Assembly (NCBI GenBank): GCA_965250005.1
Contig: OZ252279.1
Location: 1,170,001-1,202,000, forward strand
DNA length: 32,000 nt
Source of the DNA: Demequinaceae bacterium
GTDB lineage: Bacteria; Actinomycetota; Actinomycetes; Actinomycetales; Demequinaceae
Direction of reading: 5' to 3'
Part shown: positions 8,727-14,245 of the stretch, one piece after another
Position numbering within the stretch: position 1 is the first letter of the stretch
Layout: every line of letters starts with the position of its first letter
Translations under genes and position numbers: made by a program
Notes under the pieces: generated by a model
Told to the model about the DNA's origin: nothing
The model's input: the letters and a program-made list of their open reading frames with translations, nothing else
Database searches by the model: none

Positions 8727-9092
8727 ATGAACACCAACACGCGATACATCCTGACCGCTACGGCAGCTGCAGGAGGACTGTTCTTCGTCGGCGCTACTGC
8801 GAACGCGATCGTGGGAGACAACAAGCCCGCCTCCGCCACCATTGGCGAAGCCGTTGAGGTCCCCGCGGCCGAGGTCACCCCCGACGTCACGGTGGGCACC
8901 GCGCCCGAGGTCGTCGAAGCACCTGAGGTCCTCGACCTAGATGACGGGCTGGACACAGGTGGATGGGGCTTCGACACTTCCCCCACCGCCCACGACGATG
9001 ATGACGACGAGCACGACGACGAGCACGACGACGACGAGCACGACGACGAGCACGACGACGACGAGCACGACGACAACGAGCACGACGACTAG
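8727..9092 (+). CDS. Small secreted hyper-acidic protein with C-terminal (HDD[D]E)n repeat tail; function unknown
   Basis: 121 aa. It has a Sec-type signal peptide MNTNTRYILTATAAAGGLFFVGATANA/IVGD, with an AXA site, no lipobox Cys and no twin-Arg. The mature part is P/E/V/A-rich and ends HDDDDDEHDDEHDDDEHDDEHDDDEHDDNEHDD. GC-rich third codon positions are consistent with real coding sequence. Confidence 0.7.
   Translation: MNTNTRYILTATAAAGGLFFVGATANAIVGDNKPASATIGEAVEVPAAEVTPDVTVGTAPEVVEAPEVLDLDDGLDTGGWGFDTSPTAHDDDDDEHDDEHDDDEHDDEHDDDEHDDNEHDD
9009..9089 (+). repeat. In-frame tandem repeat, 3 x 27 nt (12+15 nt subunits GAGCACGACGAC / GAGCACGACGACGAC)
   Basis: 9009-9035 and 9036-9062 are identical. 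9063-9089 has the two subunits swapped and one GAC>AAC change. The repeat encodes the EHDD/EHDDD tail. Confidence 0.95.
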
Positions 9093-9215
9093 CCCCGATC
9101 GGCCGCTCGGCGCACTAGCGTGGAACGGTAGACGGAAGGAACACTCATCGGTTTCATCGCTCGTCTTGTCAGACCAGTACGAGGGCTCTCCGTCCGCGCG
9201 CGGGTCCTGGCATAC

Positions 9216-10577
9216 TTGGTAACCCTCACCGGCCTCGCGATCGCGCTCACTGGCCTGGTCGCGTACCTCCTGCAGGTAGCCAGCATCGATCGCGCTGTCA
9301 ACGAAGACCTCCGGCTGCGGACCACATCGTTCCAGGACCTCGCGTCCAAACCGGACCCGGCCACTGGCGAGCCCTACGCGAGCGCAGCGGATCTCATCAG
9401 AACCGGGATCCAGGGGGTGATCGCGAGCGAGACGGAGAGCGCGGTGGGCCACGTCAACGGCGTCGCCCGATTCGTCCCAGGTGGCGAGGATCGACTAGAA
9501 CTCTACGAGGACACAGCGTTCCTTTCGTACGTCAGCGATAACGCATCCACCACTGTCACGGTTCAGTCCCTGAGGACCGATGAGTCCGACTACCGATTCG
9601 TGGCAGTTCCGCTCGTCGACCCAAGCGGCCAGGTGGTCGGTACCTTCACCGTCGCGACGGATCGCGGAGCCCTCGTGGGCGACCTCAATCGGACGTACGG
9701 AGTGTTTGCTCTCGCGGGGCTGGTCTCGCTAGCCCTGGTGGGTGCTGTCGCCTGGGTGACCGTCGGCCGGCTCTTGCAGCCCATTCGCCTCCTCGACGAG
9801 GCGGCGCGAGACATCGGCGAGACGGACCTTGCACGCCGCATTCCCATCGTTGGAAACGACGACCTCGCGCGACTGTCCGAGACCGTCAACGCGATGCTCG
9901 ACCGGCTCGAGGGCGCGTTCTCTGCGCAACGCCAACTTCTCGATGACGCGGGCCACGAACTGCGCACGCCGCTGTCAATCATGCGCACCAACCTCGAACT
10001 GCTCGAGCCCCGCGACGCCGACCAAGTGGTAGAGACGCAGGCGCTGCTCCTGGACGAAATTGCGATGATGTCGCGGCTCGTTGACGACCTCGTGATCCTC
10101 GCGAAGGCCGACCGGCCCGAGTTTGTGAACATGGAGCGTACCGACCTTGCAGACCTAACCGATGCAACGTTCGCGCGCGCTCAGACATTTGGCGAGCGCA
10201 CCTGGACGCTCGAGACGCGCGGCGAAGGCGTGTTCGCGGGCGATCAGCAACGGCTCATCCAGGCGTGGATGCAACTAGTCGCCAACGCGGTCAAGTTCTC
10301 CGATCAGGACACCGTTGTGGCGCTCGGTAGCGCGAGGGAAGGCCGCGACGTGCGTCTGTGGGTACGCGACAAAGGCCGCGGCATACCGGCCGGCCAGCAG
10401 CGGCACGTACTCGAACGCTTCCACCGCGTGGATAACGCCATCGAGGGCGCCGGACTGGGGCTTCCTATTGTGGCCGCGATCGCCGCAGCTCACGGGGGTT
10501 CCGTCGAACTCAAGAGCGTGGTCAACAAGGGGTCCCTTTTCACGATTGTGATCCCCGCAGGGAAGGCGGCAGCATGA
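9216..10577 (+). CDS. Sensor histidine kinase (2 TM, extracytoplasmic loop, HAMP, HisKA, HATPase_c)
   Basis: H-box AGHELRTPLSIMRTNLELLE, N-box QLVANAVKFS, G1 DKGRGIP, G2 GAGLGLPIV. TM helices lie near residues 2-22 and 165-185. The frame is open back to 9132, so the true start may be upstream (see findings). Confidence 0.9.
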   Translation: MVTLTGLAIALTGLVAYLLQVASIDRAVNEDLRLRTTSFQDLASKPDPATGEPYASAADLIRTGIQGVIASETESAVGHVNGVARFVPGGEDRLELYEDTAFLSYVSDNASTTVTVQSLRTDESDYRFVAVPLVDPSGQVVGTFTVATDRGALVGDLNRTYGVFALAGLVSLALVGAVAWVTVGRLLQPIRLLDEAARDIGETDLARRIPIVGNDDLARLSETVNAMLDRLEGAFSAQRQLLDDAGHELRTPLSIMRTNLELLEPRDADQVVETQALLLDEIAMMSRLVDDLVILAKADRPEFVNMERTDLADLTDATFARAQTFGERTWTLETRGEGVFAGDQQRLIQAWMQLVANAVKFSDQDTVVALGSAREGRDVRLWVRDKGRGIPAGQQRHVLERFHRVDNAIEGAGLGLPIVAAIAAAHGGSVELKSVVNKGSLFTIVIPAGKAAA

Positions 10578-11233
10578 CTCGGCTCTTGCTAGTGGAGGAC
10601 GAGGAGCGCCTGGTCGCGTCGCTCTCGGACGGGTTACGCACCGCTCAAATCGACGTAGTTGCAGCTCGGACGGGCCGCGAGGGTCTTGAGCTCGCTACCA
10701 CCGGCGACTTTGACGTCATGGTGCTCGACATCGGGCTTCCCGATCAGGAGGGCTTCACGGTGCTCCGCAAACTGCGCGCGACTGGCTCGGACCTCCCGGT
10801 GATCATCCTCACGGCGCGAACATCTGCGGAGGACACGGTGCGCGGCTTGGAGCGCGGCGCCGACGACTACATGACGAAGCCGTTCTCGTTCGACGAACTG
10901 CTCGCGCGCATCCGACTGCGCGAGCGCCGTGGCGACGCACCCCATCCCGCGATCGCCGTACTGACGGCTGGCCGCTGCACCCTTGATCCGCTGGCGCGCA
11001 CGCTCGACCTCGACGGCGACCCTGTCGCCCTATCCAACCGGGAGTTTCAGCTCGCGCACCTGCTCATGTCGAAGGGCGGTGAGATCGTGACCCGTGCCGA
11101 GGCGATGGAGCATGTCTGGGGTTCTGCGGCGCGCGAAAACGTCCTCGATGTATACATCCGCTACCTCCGTTCACGCCTCGGCCAGGAGGCAATCGAGACC
11201 GTCCGCGGCAAAGGATACCGGTTCGTGGGCTGA
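10574..11233 (+). CDS. OmpR/PhoB-family response regulator
   Basis: Receiver domain MTRLLLVEDEERL...VMVLDIGLPDQEGF...ILTAR...GADDYMTKPFSFDELLARI. The C-terminal winged helix reads ...REFQLAHLLMSKGGEIVTRAEAMEHVWG...YIRYLRSRLG...IETVRGKGYRF. Its start overlaps the kinase stop as ATGA. Confidence 0.93.
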   Translation: MTRLLLVEDEERLVASLSDGLRTAQIDVVAARTGREGLELATTGDFDVMVLDIGLPDQEGFTVLRKLRATGSDLPVIILTARTSAEDTVRGLERGADDYMTKPFSFDELLARIRLRERRGDAPHPAIAVLTAGRCTLDPLARTLDLDGDPVALSNREFQLAHLLMSKGGEIVTRAEAMEHVWGSAARENVLDVYIRYLRSRLGQEAIETVRGKGYRFVG

Positions 11234-11251
11234 AGTCCACCCCCGGTTAGT

Positions 11252-11277
11252 CGTCCTCCAGGCCGATACCGCCGAGC
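11252..11277 (+). promoter_or_regulatory. Copy A of shared motif CGTCCTCCAGGCCGATACCGC(CGAGC), upstream of the NarL-type two-component operon
   Basis: 20/21 identical to 13395-13415. It lies 12 nt upstream of a TAGCAT -10 candidate, which is a -35/activator-site position. Confidence 0.5.
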
Positions 11278-11289
11278 GGTGCGTGCCTC

Positions 11290-11295
11290 TAGCAT
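11290..11295 (+). promoter_or_regulatory. Candidate -10 hexamer TAGCAT giving a leaderless kinase mRNA
   Basis: TAGCAT fits TANNNT and is followed by 6 nt (CGAGGC) and then the ATG at 11302. There is no room for a Shine-Dalgarno-led 5' UTR. Confidence 0.35.
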
Positions 11296-11301
11296 CGAGG
11301 C

Positions 11302-12564
11302 ATGGAACTCTCCACGCGGATCAAGGAAGCGACAGGCATTCGCCTGGTCGACATAGCGGTGGCTCTTGGCCTGCTCGCCGCAGCCTTCCTCACCGTGGGC
11401 GGCTTCGCCGACCCCGTTGACATCGTTTTTCGCGAGCGCGACGTCCTCGGCTTCGCGCTACTTGTGGGCCAGACCGTCCCGTTGATTTGGAGGCAGGTCG
11501 CCCCGCGCCTGATGTTCGTCATCATCCTGATCGCTTGGGTAACCGACGTGGGGCTCGCGTACGAGGCGTCCATCGCGGGCGTCGGCATTGTGGTGGCGAT
11601 GCACGCCATCGGCGCGTTCCTGCCACGCAAGCAGGCGCTGATCACCGCCGGGGTCGCTCTGGTGGTGGGCATCGGCTGGACGCTGGTGGGGACGTTTCAG
11701 AATCCCGCCGTCGGCCCGATTCAAGTCTTCAGTGTCGTGCTTGGCGTGACCGTGCCGTTCGCCATGGGTCGCGCGGATGCGAGCAAGCGCGATCGACTTA
11801 CCGAACTCGAGATCACCCACCTGAGCGCCCACCAGGCCCAACAGGAAGCCTCCGACGCCGCCGTGCGCACCGAGCGCGCCCGGATCGCGCGCGAACTCCA
11901 CGACGTTGTCGCTCACGAGATCACCGTGATGACGCTTCAAGCCGAGGGCGCGCGGCGGCAGTCGGGCGATGCCAATCCACAAGTGTCTGAGGCCCTCGCG
12001 GTCATCAGTGCCTCGGGACGCAAGGGGCTCGATGAGATGCAGCGCATGATCGGCGTGCTGCGCGATACATCGGAGTACGACTCCGGGGACGAGCCTGCCA
12101 TCGGGACTCCGCATGTGTCGTCACGGGCCTCGGACTTGTCCCCGGTCCCAGCCCTGAGTTCGCTGCCCGCGCTCGCCAAGCAGGTAGAGGGGTCGGGCCT
12201 GCCTGTCGAGCTCCACATCTCCGGCAACGCCCACGTCCCCGCAGGGGTCGAGCTCAGCGCCTACCGAATCGTGCAGGAGTCCCTCACCAATGCGCTCAAA
12301 CACGCTGGCCCGGGCGCGACGGCGACGGTCTCCGTGAAGCGCGCCAAGAACGCCGTCACCGTGACTGTGGAGGACGACGGCCGAGGAGTCATATTGGAAG
12401 CCACGAACACGAGCGGCGGCCACGGCCTGGCGGGCATGCGCGAGCGCGTGCTGACCCTGGGCGGCAGCATAGAATTCGGCCCGCGCCCAGGTGGTGGATT
12501 CCGCGTTCGCGCCACTCTGCCGTCCCACGACGACACGGTGACGCCCGCGAGAAGGACGCGCTAG
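11302..12564 (+). CDS. Sensor histidine kinase, HisKA_3 (NarL-partner) type with about 6 closely spaced N-terminal TM helices
   Basis: H-box region ERARIARELHDVVAHEITVMTLQAEGARR. HATPase region AYRIVQESLTNALKHAG...VEDDGRGV...GGHGLAGMRERVLTLGGSIEFGPRPGGGFRVRATLP. The N-terminal 160 aa are hydrophobic segments with only short loops. Confidence 0.9.
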   Translation: MELSTRIKEATGIRLVDIAVALGLLAAAFLTVGGFADPVDIVFRERDVLGFALLVGQTVPLIWRQVAPRLMFVIILIAWVTDVGLAYEASIAGVGIVVAMHAIGAFLPRKQALITAGVALVVGIGWTLVGTFQNPAVGPIQVFSVVLGVTVPFAMGRADASKRDRLTELEITHLSAHQAQQEASDAAVRTERARIARELHDVVAHEITVMTLQAEGARRQSGDANPQVSEALAVISASGRKGLDEMQRMIGVLRDTSEYDSGDEPAIGTPHVSSRASDLSPVPALSSLPALAKQVEGSGLPVELHISGNAHVPAGVELSAYRIVQESLTNALKHAGPGATATVSVKRAKNAVTVTVEDDGRGVILEATNTSGGHGLAGMRERVLTLGGSIEFGPRPGGGFRVRATLPSHDDTVTPARRTR

Positions 12565-12607
12565 CGCAGTTGTTTGGCTAGTGTCGGACCGTGGGCAAGG
12601 AGATTCG

Positions 12608-13282
12608 GTGATCAAGGTCATGCTGGTGGACGACCAGGCCATGGTGCGCGCCGGGCTGCGCATGATCCTCGACGCAGAACCGGATGTCGACGTCTGCTGC
12701 GAGGTGGACGACGGGGCCAAGGCTGCCGCAGCGGTCACCGAACACTCACCTGACGTGATCTTCATGGACATCCGCATGCCCGGCATGGACGGCCTCACCG
12801 CTACCCGCGAGATTCTCGCCGCGCACCCTGCGGCCCGCGTCGTGGTCCTGACCACCTTCGACCTCGACGAATACGTCTACGAGGCTCTCCGCGCTGGCGC
12901 GTCCGGCTTCCTGCTCAAGAGCGCCAGCGGCGACGCACTGGTGAACGCCGTGAATGTAGTAGCCGCCGGCGAGGCGCTGCTTGCCCCGGAGGTGACCCGC
13001 CGCGTGATCGAACAGTTCACAAGCGGCAATGGCGCGAGTTCCGATGGATCCCCGCACGTTCCGAGCGCCGAGGCCATCGGTGACCTGAGCGAACGCGAGG
13101 TCGAAGTCCTCCAGTTGATTTCCCGCGGACTCTCGAACCAGGAGATTGCTGACGAGCTCTTCCTGAGCCCCACCACTATCAAGACTCACGTCTCACACAT
13201 CCTCACCAAACTGGGTGTGCGCGACCGCGTTCAGGCCGTGGTTGAGGCGTACGACTCGGGCATCGTCGCACCACGGGGGTAA
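12608..13282 (+). CDS. NarL/LuxR-family response regulator
   Basis: I chose the GTG at 12608, with AAGGAG 5 nt upstream: VIKVMLVDDQAMVRAGLRMIL...VIFMDIRMPGMDG...VVVLTTFDLDEYVYEALRAGASGFLLK. The C-terminal LuxR HTH reads LSEREVEVLQLISRGLSNQEIADELFLSPTTIKTHVSHILTKLGVRDRVQAV. Confidence 0.92.
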   Translation: MIKVMLVDDQAMVRAGLRMILDAEPDVDVCCEVDDGAKAAAAVTEHSPDVIFMDIRMPGMDGLTATREILAAHPAARVVVLTTFDLDEYVYEALRAGASGFLLKSASGDALVNAVNVVAAGEALLAPEVTRRVIEQFTSGNGASSDGSPHVPSAEAIGDLSEREVEVLQLISRGLSNQEIADELFLSPTTIKTHVSHILTKLGVRDRVQAVVEAYDSGIVAPRG

Positions 13283-13289
13283 CGCCGCG

Positions 13290-13308
13290 AGGCCCCGCGA
13301 CGGGGCTT
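13290..13308 (+). terminator. GC-rich hairpin after the response-regulator gene (I-shaped terminator candidate)
   Basis: AGGCCCCG (13290-13297), loop CGA, CGGGGCTT (13301-13308), with one G-U pair. It starts 8 nt after the stop codon. There is no clear T-tract. Confidence 0.4.
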
Positions 13309-13394
13309 CACGAGTGCGCAAGCTTGAGGCGCACCAACTTACTGCGCCCTCCACGAAGGGGTCGGGGTCATCCCCGAGACGGATGGAACAGAAC

Positions 13395-13423
13395 CGTCCT
13401 CCCGGCCGATACCGCTCACGAGC
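13395..13423 (+). promoter_or_regulatory. Copy B of shared motif CGTCCTCCCGGCCGATACCGC(TCACGAGC), upstream of the FtsX-type ABC operon
   Basis: 20/21 identical to 11252-11272. The flanking CGAGC is also shared, after a 3-nt indel. The core ends 71 nt upstream of the ATG at 13487. Confidence 0.5.
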
Positions 13424-13486
13424 ATCGCGCATCACACTTGTCGAGTAGACGTAACCCCTTCTGCAATCACCATCGAGAGGTTCAAC

Positions 13487-14239
13487 ATGTCCACCCCCAC
13501 CACTAAGGCGCCGTCCAAGTACGCCGCATCCATGAAAAATGGCTACAAGGACTACGGAACAGGCGAGATGGCCGTACGCGCGCTCGACGGCATCAGCGTC
13601 GACCTCAAGCGCGGCGAGTTCACCGCCATCATGGGCCCGTCCGGCTCCGGCAAGTCGACCCTGCTTCACACGCTCGCAGGGCTCGACTTCCTCACCGCAG
13701 GCGAGTCGTTCATTGGCGACATCAATCTCACCCACCTCAACGAGGCTCAAGTTACCGAAGTCCGGCGCGACCACATCGGTTTCGTCTTCCAGGCCTACAA
13801 CCTGATCCCCGCGCTCGATGCGTCAGAGAACATTCGGCTGCCGCTCGACATCGCTCGCAAACAGGTTGACGAGGAATGGTTTGATCAAATCGTTGAGGTC
13901 CTCGGCCTGGGCGACCGTCTCGATCACCTTCCGTCGGAACTCTCCGGTGGCCAGCAGCAGCGCGTGGCAGTAGCCCGCGCACTCATCTCGAAGCCCGAGA
14001 TCATTTTTGGTGACGAACCCTCTGGAAACCTCGACTCGAAGTCGGGCGCCGAATTGCTCAACTTCCTTCGTCGTGCTGTTCGAGAATTCGGCCAGACCAT
14101 CGTGATGGTCACGCACGACCCGAGCGCCGCATCGTACGCTGACCGGATTCTCTTCATCGAAGACGGCAAAGTCGTCGACGAGATGGCCAACCCCACCTCC
14201 GCCAAGGTCCTGGACCGCATGAAGAAGATGGGGGCGTAG
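13487..14239 (+). CDS. ABC transporter ATP-binding protein, MacB/LolD/FtsE-like
   Basis: Walker A GPSGSGKSTL, signature LSGGQQQRVAVARAL, Walker B IIFGDEPSGNLD, H-loop VMVTHD. GAGAGG Shine-Dalgarno lies 6 nt upstream. Confidence 0.92.
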   Translation: MSTPTTKAPSKYAASMKNGYKDYGTGEMAVRALDGISVDLKRGEFTAIMGPSGSGKSTLLHTLAGLDFLTAGESFIGDINLTHLNEAQVTEVRRDHIGFVFQAYNLIPALDASENIRLPLDIARKQVDEEWFDQIVEVLGLGDRLDHLPSELSGGQQQRVAVARALISKPEIIFGDEPSGNLDSKSGAELLNFLRRAVREFGQTIVMVTHDPSAASYADRILFIEDGKVVDEMANPTSAKVLDRMKKMGA

Positions 14240-14245
14240 GGCCGC

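Noticed and set aside
8654-9076. 140-aa minus-strand ORF beginning MSSCSSSSCSSSCSSSS (Ser/Cys repeat, superficially lanthipeptide-like or metallothionein-like)
   Set aside because: It is the antisense reading of the GAC/GAG/CAC codon repeat. It starts at the very end of the plus-strand gene and has no Shine-Dalgarno. The plus-strand frame has a proper signal peptide and start context.
8991-9089. Short tandem repeats considered as a possible CRISPR or minisatellite
   Set aside because: The units abut with no spacers, have a 12/15/27-nt period in frame, and lie inside a CDS. This is a codon-level repeat, not a CRISPR array.
6936-9158. Short shared words among the upstream regions of the ABC-2 operon, the small gene and the first kinase: TTTCATC at 6936 and 9152; GGCGCAC at 8711 and 9109; ACGGTAGA at 8716 and 9125
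   Set aside because: Matches of 7-8 nt between regions of about 70-120 nt are within chance expectation. They are recorded only as candidates for an OmpR-type direct-repeat search, not as a finding.
12121-12855. 244-aa minus-strand ORF spanning the kinase/regulator junction
   Set aside because: It is antisense to two genes that have clear HATPase and receiver-domain motifs.
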